NCBI GenBank assembly: GCA_963780425.1
Contig: CAWABZ010000013.1
Coordinates: 68,644-132,643, forward strand
Source of the DNA: an uncultured Chloroflexia bacterium
GTDB lineage: Bacteria > Chloroflexota > Limnocylindria > Limnocylindrales > CSP1-4
Length of the DNA: 64,000 bases
Reading direction: 5' to 3'
Of this stretch, positions 18,107 to 27,053 are shown piece by piece; position 1 is the first letter of the stretch; each line of letters begins with the position of its first letter. The position numbers were made by a program, and so were the translations under genes. Under the pieces are notes generated by a model that saw only the letters and a list, made by a program, of their open reading frames with translations, did no database searches and was not told the origin of the DNA.

Positions 18107-18667
18107 GCCAGCTGTCCTCCTGCGACGGCGACCGGGACGGGTTCGGGCTCGGCGGTCACGGTCGTCCGCATCGCGGCGAGCGCGTAGTGCAGGCGTGACT
18201 TGGCCGTCCCGTGCGGGATGCCCAGGGATGCCGCCACTTCTGGTAACGGCATCCCCAGGAGGTAGTGCAATGCGACGACCGCGCGGTGCCCGGGTGCGAG
18301 ACCCGCGAGGGCCTTGTCGAGCAGCTCACGGTCGGCGAGCGGCGCCTGCGACGTCGTCTGCCATCGGCGCGTCGATCGGCGTGAGCTCGACCTCGATGAC
18401 CCGACGCTTGCGACGCCGGACGAGATCGAGACAGGCATTGACGAGCAGGCGATGGAGCCAGGCGTCGAAACGGTCGGGATCGCGGAGACCCGGCAGGTCG
18501 CGCCACGCTCGGATGAGTGTCTCCTGGACCGCGTCGCGCGCGAGCTCCGAGTCCCGGAGGATCAGGCGGGCGGCCGCGTCCAGCCGCGCGAGGTGGACGT
18601 CGATGAGCGAGGTGAAGGCGTCATGCTCGCCCCGCCTCGCTCGTTCGACGAGTCCTCGCTGGTCCAC
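18103..18667 (-). pseudogene. ECF sigma factor paralogue, one frame break near 18345-18360 as assembled
   Basis: The first 97 aa are 79/97 identical to the sigma at 16123-16686 (counted by eye). Region 4 (VVALHYLLGMPLPEVAASLGIPHGTAKSRLHYAL) is in the other frame (ORF 18103..18438). Confidence 0.75.
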
Positions 18668-18711
18668 GGTCGCCTCTGATGCGGCACGGCCTTGGCGGTC
18701 GTGCTCGCTAG

Positions 18712-18743
18712 GGTATGGCGTCCGCGTCCAGGGAAAGGTTCAG
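18712..18743 (-). promoter_or_regulatory. candidate ECF-type promoter, TGAAC-N17-CGCC
   Basis: The minus strand reads cgacTGAACctttccctggacgcggaCGCCataccctag, about 50 nt upstream of the sigma GTG at 18667. Confidence 0.3.
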
Positions 18744-18781
18744 TCGTTCGACGACCCGATCGACGCCGGTGATAAGCAGGA

Positions 18782-19534
18782 TCACTCCCAGCGGAAGGTG
18801 CGTGCGGCGCCGACCAGGGCCGCCACGCCCCACGCGGCGACGATCCCGAGGTTGATCGCGAGGCTCCCACCAGACCCGAGTGATGCGCGGAACGCTTCGG
18901 CGAGAGCACCGACCGGCAGCAGACCGGCGATCGACGCCAGCGGCCCCGGCAGGTCCTCGATCGGGACCAGCACGCCGCCGACCATGAGGGCGACGAGGAA
19001 CAACGCGTTCGCGAGCACGAGCGCGGCCTCGGGCCGGACCGTGCCGGCGATCAGCAGGCCGAGACCCGCGAAAGCCGTGGCGCCGACCAGCGTCGTCATG
19101 CCGACCGCCACGACCAGGCCGATGACAGAGCCGTCCGGACCGGGCCGCCAGCCGAGCACGACCCACGCGAGGGCGACGAGCGCCACGACCTGCGCAGCGG
19201 CGATGGAGGCGACCACGGCCAGCTTCGCGACCAGGAGACCCGCGCGACCGAGCGGCGATCCGCCCAGCCGCTTGAGCACGCCGTACCCGCGCTCATACGC
19301 GGTCGCGACCCCGAGGTTCACCAGCCCACTCGCGACGATCGCGAGTGCGAGCACCGCCGGTAGAAGGTCCGTCGCATCCCGCCGAGCCGGGGTCGCGACC
19401 AGTCCGAAGAAGACCAGGGCCGCCGCCGGGAGCCCGATCATCGCCAGCAGGTTCTCGCCGCGGCGTGCGGTCAGCCGCGCTTCCATCGTCGCCTGGGCGC
19501 GGACGGCTTGGCCGAACCTCGCGGGTTGACTCAT
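18782..19534 (-). CDS. ABC-2 type transporter permease
   Basis: The 250 aa from MSQPARFGQ have about 6 TM segments. The ATG overlaps the stop of the upstream ATPase frame (ATGA at 19531-19534). Confidence 0.85.
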   Translation of the reverse strand: MSQPARFGQAVRAQATMEARLTARRGENLLAMIGLPAAALVFFGLVATPARRDATDLLPAVLALAIVASGLVNLGVATAYERGYGVLKRLGGSPLGRAGLLVAKLAVVASIAAAQVVALVALAWVVLGWRPGPDGSVIGLVVAVGMTTLVGATAFAGLGLLIAGTVRPEAALVLANALFLVALMVGGVLVPIEDLPGPLASIAGLLPVGALAEAFRASLGSGGSLAINLGIVAAWGVAALVGAARTFRWE

Positions 19535-20485
19535 GCCGCCGCTTCGTCTCGACCATCTCCCGCCGTGGCCGTGCCAACGAGCGCGAGGTACGTGTCCTCG
19601 AGCGTCCCGCCGGTCGCCCGCGCGTCGGTGATCAGGCGACCCTCCGACGCGCACCACGACGCAAGCGCGGCGATCAGGGCGGGGCTCGGTGGGAGGTCCT
19701 CGACGATGTAGCGGCTCGCCCCGTCGATCGCGTGGACCGTCGCGCCGAGAGCCACGCCCAGCGCTCGGAGTGAGCCGTGGTCGAGTGGGGCCGCCAGGCC
19801 GAACCGCAGTCGCGCGGGCAGGCGCGCGGCCAGCTCCAGCGCGCTTCCGGCCGCCACGATCCGCCCTCCGACGAGGATCGCGATCCGGTCGGCGAGGCGC
19901 TCGGCGTCCCCGAGCTCGTGGGTCGTCGACGAGGACCGCCGTCCCGCGCGCGCGTTCCGCCTCGATCCGTGCCCGGACGACGGCGCGCACCTGGGGATCC
20001 ATCCCCGCGGTCGGTTCATCGAGGACCAGCACATCGGGCCGGCCGACGAGCGCGAGGGCGAACCCGAGTCGCTGGCGCTCCCCACCCGACAGGCGGCGGA
20101 ACGGGGTGGTCGCCACGTCCCGCAGGCCGAGCTCATCGAGAAGCGCATCCGGATCCGATGGATCCCGGTGGAACGCTGCGTACTGACGCAGGGTTTCGGC
20201 GGGGCGCGCCCGCGGATCGATACCGCCGCCCTGGAGCATCAGACCGACGCGCGCCCGGTGGGCCCGCCCCGCGCCCCACGGGTCGACGCCGAGGACGCGG
20301 ACGGTGCCCCCATCCGCGCGCCGATACCCCTCGGCGATCTCGACGGTCGTGGTCTTGCCGGCCCCGTTCGGCCCCAGCAACACGACGATCTCGCTCGGCC
20401 GAACCTCCAGCGATACGTCGTCGACGACCGTCCGGTCGCCGTAGCGCTTGGTCAGCCCATCGATCGCGACGGCCGGCTCAGCCAT
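19531..20485 (-). pseudogene. ABC transporter ATP-binding protein, frame broken near 19915-19930 as assembled
   Basis: Walker A (GPNGAGKTT), LSGGERQRL and VLVLDEPTAGMD are in the frame starting at 20485. The H-loop and C-terminus (THELGDAERLADRIAILVGGRIV...) are in ORF 19531..20148. Confidence 0.8.
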
Positions 20486-20497
20486 GCCGCGCCGCCC

Positions 20498-20902
20498 TCA
20501 CCGTATGCGTGCGTAGTGGCGCTCGAACTCGACGTCGGTCATCGGGCCGCCGATCTGCAGCGACCGGAGGACGCCCGCTCGATCGACGAACCACGTATGC
20601 GGACGGGCCACGACGCGATACGCGCGCTTGATCGACTCGCCCGGGTCGATGACGGTCGGCCACGACGCACCGTACTCAGCCACGAATCGGCGGGCGGGCT
20701 CCGGTGGGTCGTCGGTCAGGACGCCGACGATCGCCAGGCCATCGGCCGCGTGCTCGTCGAGCTCGTGGAGGAACTGCGGGAACTCGTCCCGACAGGGGAT
20801 GCATGACGGACCCCAGAAGTTGACGATCACCGGTCGACCTCGATAGCTCGCGAGGTCGAATGCCGTGCCATCGAGGGTCGTCCCCACGATCGGCGGCGCC
20901 AT
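20498..20902 (-). CDS. TlpA/ResA-like thiol:disulfide oxidoreductase (thioredoxin fold, CxxC)
   Basis: VIVNFWGPSCIPCRDEFP is the active-site motif. A signal-anchor-like segment (RRRRDFVTPRRPILVALAIATLTAVGVWWFV) is encoded in frame upstream at 20903-21037, with no ATG, GTG or TTG. Confidence 0.8.
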   Translation of the reverse strand: MAPPIVGTTLDGTAFDLASYRGRPVIVNFWGPSCIPCRDEFPQFLHELDEHAADGLAIVGVLTDDPPEPARRFVAEYGASWPTVIDPGESIKRAYRVVARPHTWFVDRAGVLRSLQIGGPMTDVEFERHYARIR

Positions 20903-21037
20903 GACGCCGATCTCGGCCCGCGGTTCGGCGTAGTCGGTGTTGACGAACCACCAGACCCCGACCGCTGTCAGCGTGGCGATGGCCAGGGCGACGAGGATCG
21001 GTCGACGCGGCGTGACGAAGTCCCTTCGGCGACGACC

Positions 21038-22135
21038 CTACTGGATCGTTGCGGACCCGGTCATGTTCGGGTGGACCGAGCAGACGTAACCGTACGTCCC
21101 CGCGCCGAGCGCCGGGACGTCGTAGACCTTGGTCGCGACGCCGGCAAAGATCTCGCCCTTGAACACGCTCGTACCGCCGCCATCCTTGATCTCGACGTTG
21201 TGCAGGATGCCGGGATCGTCGTTGACGAACTCGAGCTTGAACGGGACGTCGGCCGGCGCAGTGATGGTGCTTTCGACGAAGGCGACGTCTTTCGCGTGGA
21301 TGACCGGCTCGCCGGGTGGACCTCCGCTGGCCCCCGGCGAGGCCCCGGGCTCCCCCGGCCCGCCCGGTTCGACCGGGGCCCCCGACGGCCCCGCCGCCTC
21401 ACCACCGCTGGCGCGCGGCGGGATCCAGCCGACCTGGATCACGAAGCCGGCAACGAGCAGCAGTCCGAGTGAGGTCAGCAGCCACTTCGGGGTCGGCGGA
21501 TCCGGCATCGTCTCGAGGTGGCCGGTCGTGTCGGCCTCTTCGGTCTTGACGAACTCCTGGCGGGCCGCCGACATCCAGCCGAGCAGCGACAGGATGAATG
21601 CGATGACGCCGACTGCCAGGAGCCACTCTCCGAAGACGAGGCCCAGCAGGAGCATCGCCATCCCGATCGCGGCCAGGAACGGCAGGAACGACGGGCCCGG
21701 CATGTGCACACCCGCCGGCGGCCCGTCGTGGACGACTGCCGGCAACGGGGGAGCTGTCGCGCCCAGGTCGCGGTCGTACAGCCGGAGAGACTCGGCCAGC
21801 CAGTAGAGCAGCGTCAGCGCGAAACCGATCGCTCCGAGGACGAGCACCGCTCCCCCGAAGACGAGACCGAGGAACAACATGAACGCGCCGATCGCGGCGA
21901 AGACCGGGGCCCACGAGGGGCCCGGCATGTGAACGCCGGGCGGCGGGATGGGCTCGATCCTTTGCTTGCCGCGGCGAGGTTTCGGCGCCCGGAGGAGCTT
22001 CCACAGCGTGGCGACGATGACGAGGACCGATGCTGCGAAGATGAGGACCGGCAGCGCCGCGACGACCGAGCCCCAGTCCGGGATGACGAACTTCGCCGTC
22101 AGCTCCAGGATCCCGTTCCAAAAGTCCTCGAACAT
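21038..22135 (-). CDS. membrane protein: two tandem CtaF-C-terminal-like 2-TM modules fused to a C-terminal type-1 copper (cupredoxin) domain
   Basis: The internal repeat is GVHMPGPSWAPVFAAIGAFMLFLGLVFG / GVHMPGPSFLPFLAAIGMAMLLLGLVFG. The C-terminal domain has HNVEI ... YVCSVHPNM (His, Cys-x2-His-Pro-x-Met). Confidence 0.75.
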   Translation of the reverse strand: MFEDFWNGILELTAKFVIPDWGSVVAALPVLIFAASVLVIVATLWKLLRAPKPRRGKQRIEPIPPPGVHMPGPSWAPVFAAIGAFMLFLGLVFGGAVLVLGAIGFALTLLYWLAESLRLYDRDLGATAPPLPAVVHDGPPAGVHMPGPSFLPFLAAIGMAMLLLGLVFGEWLLAVGVIAFILSLLGWMSAARQEFVKTEEADTTGHLETMPDPPTPKWLLTSLGLLLVAGFVIQVGWIPPRASGGEAAGPSGAPVEPGGPGEPGASPGASGGPPGEPVIHAKDVAFVESTITAPADVPFKLEFVNDDPGILHNVEIKDGGGTSVFKGEIFAGVATKVYDVPALGAGTYGYVCSVHPNMTGSATIQ

Positions 22136-22145
22136 GGGATCCAGG

Positions 22146-22340
22146 TCAGTCGTTCGGGGAACCGGCGATCAGCACGTACGCCAGGATGCTCACTGCCACG
22201 CCGAGCAGGATCAGCATCGTGACGCCGGCGTAGTCGACATGCCAGCCGGCGATCGACTGGACGGCCCAGTACACGGCGCCGGTCGCCGAGAACACGAGAC
22301 CCACGACGATCGCGTTGCGCGGATGGCGAAGCGGATGCAT
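22146..22340 (-). CDS. small 2-TM membrane protein, resembles the N-terminal half of actinobacterial cytochrome oxidase subunit IV (CtaF)
   Basis: 64 aa located between ctaE and the CtaF-like/cupredoxin gene. VDYAGVTMLILLGVAVSILAYVL is recalled as similar to the CtaF TM2 region; this family assignment is from memory only. Confidence 0.5.
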   Translation of the reverse strand: MHPLRHPRNAIVVGLVFSATGAVYWAVQSIAGWHVDYAGVTMLILLGVAVSILAYVLIAGSPND

Positions 22341-22345
22341 GACGC

Positions 22346-22999
22346 TTACGCCTTGCCCGGCAGCAGGTACAGCAGCGAGAACAGCAGGATCCAGACGACG
22401 TCGACGAAGTGCCAGTACAACGACACGGCCTCGACGGCATCGTGGTGGCGCGCCGAGAACTGCCCGGCCAAGCCGCGATACAGGACGACCGCGAGCATGA
22501 TCGCGCCACCGAACACGTGCGCCCCGTGGAACCCCGTGAGCGTGAAGTAGGTCGTGCCGAACGTGCCCGACGACAGCGTGATGCCCTCATTGCCGAGGGC
22601 GACGTAGTCGGTCGCCTGCAGGAGCAGGAACACGACGCCGATGAGGAACGTGACCGCGATGTTGCGGATGAACGCCGTCCGGTCGCCGCGGCGGATGCCC
22701 CACACGGCGAACTGGCACGTGAACGACGACAGGATCAGCAGGACCGTGGCCGGGCCGACCAGTGGCAGGATCTCGAGGTGGAATGCCTCACCCGTCTCGA
22801 CGTTGACCGGCGGCCAGGCAGGGGCGTTCGCGCGGACGTTGAAGTAGGCCGCGAAGAGACCGGCGAAGAACATCACCTCGGAGGTGATGAACAGCAGCAT
22901 CCCGAGGACGACGTTGCTGATCCCGCCACGTGCGTCGTGCGCCAGCCCGGCGACCGGGCTGTGCTCGGTGGTCGTCAGGGCGTGATCGTCGATGGCCAT
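22346..22999 (-). CDS. ctaE: cytochrome c oxidase subunit III
   Basis: The sequence from MAIDDHAL contains FITSEVMFFAGLFAAYF, YFTLTGFHGAHV and LYWHFVDVVWI. Confidence 0.9.
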   Translation of the reverse strand: MAIDDHALTTTEHSPVAGLAHDARGGISNVVLGMLLFITSEVMFFAGLFAAYFNVRANAPAWPPVNVETGEAFHLEILPLVGPATVLLILSSFTCQFAVWGIRRGDRTAFIRNIAVTFLIGVVFLLLQATDYVALGNEGITLSSGTFGTTYFTLTGFHGAHVFGGAIMLAVVLYRGLAGQFSARHHDAVEAVSLYWHFVDVVWILLFSLLYLLPGKA

Positions 23000-23003
23000 G
23001 GCG

Positions 23004-24665
23004 TCAGCTCTCGCTCGCCGACTGGGGCAGCGGCGCGATCGTCCGGTGCGTCGATCCGTGGCGGACGTCGAACACCGGCCGCTCGGACCGGATCTCGGGC
23101 AGGCGGTCGAAGTTATACGGCGGCGGCGGCGAGCTCGTTGCCCACTCGAGGGTGTTGCCCTCCCACGGGTCGTCGCCGGCGGGCTTCCCGCTGCGCAGCG
23201 AGACGAACACATTCCAGAGCAGCGGGACCATGCTCGTCGCGATGAGGAACCCGCCGATGGTCGCCGCGATGTTGAGGTCGTTCCAGCCTGCGCCCGACGC
23301 GTAGTCGGCGATCCGCCGCGGCATGCCGGCCAGGCCGAGCTGGTGCATCGGGAAGAACGTCAGGTTGAAACCGATGAACATCAGCACGAACTGGACCTTG
23401 CCCAGCCCTTCATTGAGCATCCGCCCGGTCATCTTCGGGAACCAGTAGTAGAGGCCGGCCATCACCCCGAACACCGACCCGCCGAACAGGACGTAATGCA
23501 GGTGGGCGACGACCCAGTACGTGTCGTGGAGGGCGAAGTCGACCGGGACGGCGGCGCTGAACGCGCCGTTGATGCCGCCGATCAGGAACATGCTCAGGAA
23601 GCCGAGTGCGAAGAGCAGCGGCGTCGACAGGCTGAGCTGGCCGCGCCACATGGTGAAGATCCAGTTGAACATCTTCACGCCGGTCGGGACCGCGATGAGG
23701 AACGTCATCAGGCTGAAGAACGGCAGGTAGACCGCGCCTGTCGTGAACATGTGGTGCGCCCACACGGAGAACCCGAGCGCACCGATGCCGGCCGTCGCGA
23801 AAACGAACGCCTTGTACCCGAACAGCGGTTTGCGGCTGAACACCGGCAGGATCTCGCTGATCATGCCCATCGCCGGCAGGACCATGATGTACACAGCCGG
23901 GTGCGAGTAGAACCAGAAGATGTTCTGGTAGAGGATCGCGTCACCGCCGTTGCGTGGATCGAAGAAGCTGCCGCCGTAGTTCCTGTCGATGAACAGCATG
24001 ATCAGGGCGCTGGTGATGACCGGCGTGGCGAGCAGACCCAGGACCGACGTGGTCAGCACCGTCCAGACCATGATCGGCATGCGGAACAGCGTCATGCCCG
24101 GCGCCCGCATCTTGAAGATCGTCACGAGGAAGTTGACCGCCCCGAGGATCGAGCTCGTGCCGATCAGCACGATCGCCACGATCCACAGGTCCTGCCCCGG
24201 CCCGACCGATGACAGCGGGCGATCCTCGGTCAAGGGGGCGTAGCTCGTCCACCCGGCCGCTGCCGATCCGCCGGTGAAGAAGCTCAGGATGAGCAGGATG
24301 CCCGCGAGCGGCAGCATCCACAGCGAGAGCGCATTGATGCGCGGGAACGCGACGTCCGGGGCGCCGATCTGGAGCGGGACGATGTAGTTCCCGAAGCCCG
24401 CCAGGATCGGGATGATGAACAGGAAGATCATGAACGTGGCGTGCATCGTGAACAGCTCGTTGTAGGTCTGGTCCGCCACGAACTGCAGCCCCGGCTGGGC
24501 CAGCTCCGAGCGCACGCCCAGCGCCAGCAGGCCGCCGATGAAGAAGAACAGGAACGAGTTGATCAGGTACATGATCCCGATCTTCTTGTGATCGGTCGTC
24601 GTCACCCAGTCGTACAGGGTGCTGCGGTAGGCGCGGGCGGCCGGGTGTAGCGCGGTTGTCGCCAC
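23004..24665 (-). CDS. ctaD: cytochrome c oxidase subunit I (heme-copper oxidase, aa3 type)
   Basis: 553 aa with [28 protein letters not shown] and [11 protein letters not shown]. Confidence 0.95.
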   Translation of the reverse strand: MATTALHPAARAYRSTLYDWVTTTDHKKIGIMYLINSFLFFFIGGLLALGVRSELAQPGLQFVADQTYNELFTMHATFMIFLFIIPILAGFGNYIVPLQIGAPDVAFPRINALSLWMLPLAGILLILSFFTGGSAAAGWTSYAPLTEDRPLSSVGPGQDLWIVAIVLIGTSSILGAVNFLVTIFKMRAPGMTLFRMPIMVWTVLTTSVLGLLATPVITSALIMLFIDRNYGGSFFDPRNGGDAILYQNIFWFYSHPAVYIMVLPAMGMISEILPVFSRKPLFGYKAFVFATAGIGALGFSVWAHHMFTTGAVYLPFFSLMTFLIAVPTGVKMFNWIFTMWRGQLSLSTPLLFALGFLSMFLIGGINGAFSAAVPVDFALHDTYWVVAHLHYVLFGGSVFGVMAGLYYWFPKMTGRMLNEGLGKVQFVLMFIGFNLTFFPMHQLGLAGMPRRIADYASGAGWNDLNIAATIGGFLIATSMVPLLWNVFVSLRSGKPAGDDPWEGNTLEWATSSPPPPYNFDRLPEIRSERPVFDVRHGSTHRTIAPLPQSASES

Positions 24666-24674
24666 GGCGTGCTC

Positions 24675-25832
24675 CTACTCGACCGTGAGGGTGCCGGCCA
24701 TCGTGGGATGGACCGAACAGATGAAGCCATACGTGCCGGCCTTTAGGGCAGGCACGTCATACGTCTTCTTGGCTGGTCCCGGGAAGACTTCGCCCTTGAA
24801 GACCTCGGGCCCCGCCGGCGAGCCCTCGTGGATCGCGACGTTATGAGGGATCGAGGCATCGCGATTGTCGAAGTCGATCTTGAACGGCGTGTCGGCCGGC
24901 GCGCTGAGGGCCGCCGTGTCGAACTGGACGTTCTGGGCGGCGATCTGGAGGGCCGGCCCGGCCGGCTGTCCCGATGGGGGCGGTGGCGGGCTGGCGTTCG
25001 CTTCGGCGATCTTGCCCTCCAACCAGGTGTCGAAGTCGGCGCCGGTCATCGCGTGGACGTCGAAGTGCATCGCGTTGTGGCTGACGCCGCACAACTCGGC
25101 GCATTGACCGTGGAACGTCCCGCCGGCATCCGACTCCTTGAGCGTGAACTCGAAGCTGTTCACCCGGCCTGGCACGACGTCCCGCTTGAACAGGAATTGC
25201 GGGACGTAGAACGCGTGGATGACGTCGGGGCTTTGGAGATAGAGGTGGATGGTCCGTCCGGTCGGCAGCACCAATCCGCCGTCGGGTCCCTCGGGCGTCG
25301 TGACCGTGTAGAGCGGCGTGGTCTCCTGGCCAGCCTGATAGTCGGCCGGCAGGTAATCGAACGTCCAAAGGAACTGTGCCGCGAACGCGCGCACCTTCAT
25401 CTGCGGCTGCGGGGAGACCGCCTCGACCGTATTCAGCGTCTGCCAGGAGATGACGAACATGAAGGCGACGATGAGGGTCGGGACGACAGTCCACACCACC
25501 TCGGCGATCGCGTTGCCGTGCGTCTGGGCCGGCAGCTCGTTGTCGCCCGGCTTGCGCCGGTAGCGGATCACCGTCCAGACGATCAGGCCCTCGACCACGA
25601 AGAAGATGACCGCGGCGATCGCAAAGATGATGTCGTACAGGTTGCGGATGCTCTCTCCGCGATCGGTGATCGCGCGCGGCGGGAAGAAGCTCGAGAGGAT
25701 CCCCTGACTGGTCTTCAGCGGGTCGAATCCCTGGCTGATGACGACCGCGACGACGCCGACGATCAGCAGCGCTCCCACCAGGAGGGCGGCGATCGCGGTG
25801 GATGAGCGGCCGGTCCTGGGGGAACTCGCCAT
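24675..25832 (-). CDS. ctaC: cytochrome c oxidase subunit II with an extra C-terminal cupredoxin (type-1 copper) domain
   Basis: The CuA site is HAFYVP...CAELCGVSHNAM. A Pro-rich linker (PPPPPSGQP) follows. The second domain has PHNVAI ... FICSVHPTM. Start taken as MASSPRT at 25832. Confidence 0.9.
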   Translation of the reverse strand: MASSPRTGRSSTAIAALLVGALLIVGVVAVVISQGFDPLKTSQGILSSFFPPRAITDRGESIRNLYDIIFAIAAVIFFVVEGLIVWTVIRYRRKPGDNELPAQTHGNAIAEVVWTVVPTLIVAFMFVISWQTLNTVEAVSPQPQMKVRAFAAQFLWTFDYLPADYQAGQETTPLYTVTTPEGPDGGLVLPTGRTIHLYLQSPDVIHAFYVPQFLFKRDVVPGRVNSFEFTLKESDAGGTFHGQCAELCGVSHNAMHFDVHAMTGADFDTWLEGKIAEANASPPPPPSGQPAGPALQIAAQNVQFDTAALSAPADTPFKIDFDNRDASIPHNVAIHEGSPAGPEVFKGEVFPGPAKKTYDVPALKAGTYGFICSVHPTMAGTLTVE

Positions 25833-26031
25833 GCAGCTCCTCGGTGCAGGGGCAGACGGGCACGTCCTAACCCGCCCGGGCCGGACGGCGGCCATGATAC
25901 CGCGGAGGGTCGGCGTCTCGTGCGCCCGACCGCGCTGGGTCGTGGGACCATGCCGTCGATGCACCACCGAGCGGTCCCTGCGCGCCACCCCAGCCACCGA
26001 TCCACGTCGCTGGCGGTCCTGAGCGCCATTC

Positions 26032-27053
26032 GTGGCGACCGCGCTCATCGCGACGCCTGCGGGGGCGCACGGCCCGACGCCTGCCGAACCACCCGACGCC
26101 TCCACACTCCTCTTCGGCTGGACGTTCGAGCCGTTGCCGACGATCGCGATCCTCGCGCGCCTTGATCTGGTGGCGTTGGGCTGTCGGCCGGGTGAACGCG
26201 GCACACCCCGCCAATCCTGTGCCGCGACGTCGGACCGTCGCCTTCGTGGGGGGCATGGCCGCCCTGGCATTCGCGCTGCTGTCCGGGATCGACCGCTACG
26301 ACACGAGCCTGTTCTCGGTCCACATGGTCCAGCACGTCCTGCTGACCCTTGTCGCGGCGCCACTCATCGCGCTCTCCGCGCCGATCACCGTGCTGCTCCG
26401 GGTCGCCTCGCCGGGCACCCGCCGGCGCGTGCATCCTGCCGCTGCTCCACGCGCGGATCACGCGCGTCCTGGCGTTCCCGGTCGTGGCCTGGCTGATCTT
26501 CGCCGCGGTCATGTGGGTGAGCCACTTCTCGCCGCTGTTCGATGCGGCGCTCGAGGATCCGCTCATCCATGACCTCGAGCACGTCATCTTTTTCGCCGCC
26601 GCATTGCTGTTCTGGTGGCCGGCCGTCGCGCTCGACCCCGCACCGTGGCGGATGCCGCATCCGGTCCGTGCCCTGTACGTGTTCCTGCAGATGACGCAGA
26701 ACACGCTCCTTGCGGTCGTCATCGTGAACGCGCAGACCGTCCTGTATCCCCACTACGCGACGGTCCAGCGTGCCTGGGGACCGACGCCGCTGGCCGACCA
26801 GCAGATGGCCGGAGCGTTCATGTGGGTCGCCGGCGACCTTCTGTTCCTGACCGCGACGATGGCGATCCTTGTCGGCTGGTCGCGGGCCGAGGGACGGGAC
26901 GCGGCGCGCGAGGACCGTCGGGCGGCGGCGGAGCTGGCCGAGATCCGGATCCGCGAGGACCGTCTGGCCGACCGCCTCGCGCGCGAACGCGAGGACGCCC
27001 CGAGCGACGAGCGCGCTCTCGACGCTCAGCCCGGGAGGGGCGCCTCGAGGTAA
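26032..27053 (+). pseudogene. ctaG: cytochrome c oxidase assembly factor CtaG (caa3_CtaG family membrane protein), 2 frame breaks as assembled
   Basis: The protein is traced over ORFs 26032.., 26162.. and 26349... The segments are LLFGWTFEPLPTIAIL, then IWWRWAVGRV...SVHMVQHVLLTLVAAPLIAL, then ILPLLHARITRVLAFPVVAW...HDLEHVIFF...WWP. Confidence 0.75.

Noticed and set aside
14680-18800. There might be a genomic island or prophage integrated at the tRNA-fMet gene.
   Set aside because: No integrase, excisionase, phage or transposase genes are present, and no direct repeat of the tRNA 3' end was seen downstream. The neighbouring sigma/partner genes have the same GC and codon style as the rest of the window.
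18782-20485. The 567-aa ORF might be a fused ABC ATPase-permease.
   Set aside because: The central ~130 aa are Arg/Gly/Pro junk. The true ATPase C-terminus is in ORF 19531..20148. The permease has its own ATG at 19534, overlapping that frame's stop.
21038-21040. TAG readthrough might produce a cupredoxin-TlpA fusion protein.
   Set aside because: The genes are in the same frame with no intervening stop. However, one TM helix between two domains that both need to be extracytoplasmic is topologically inconsistent. A lost or non-canonical tlpA start is more likely.
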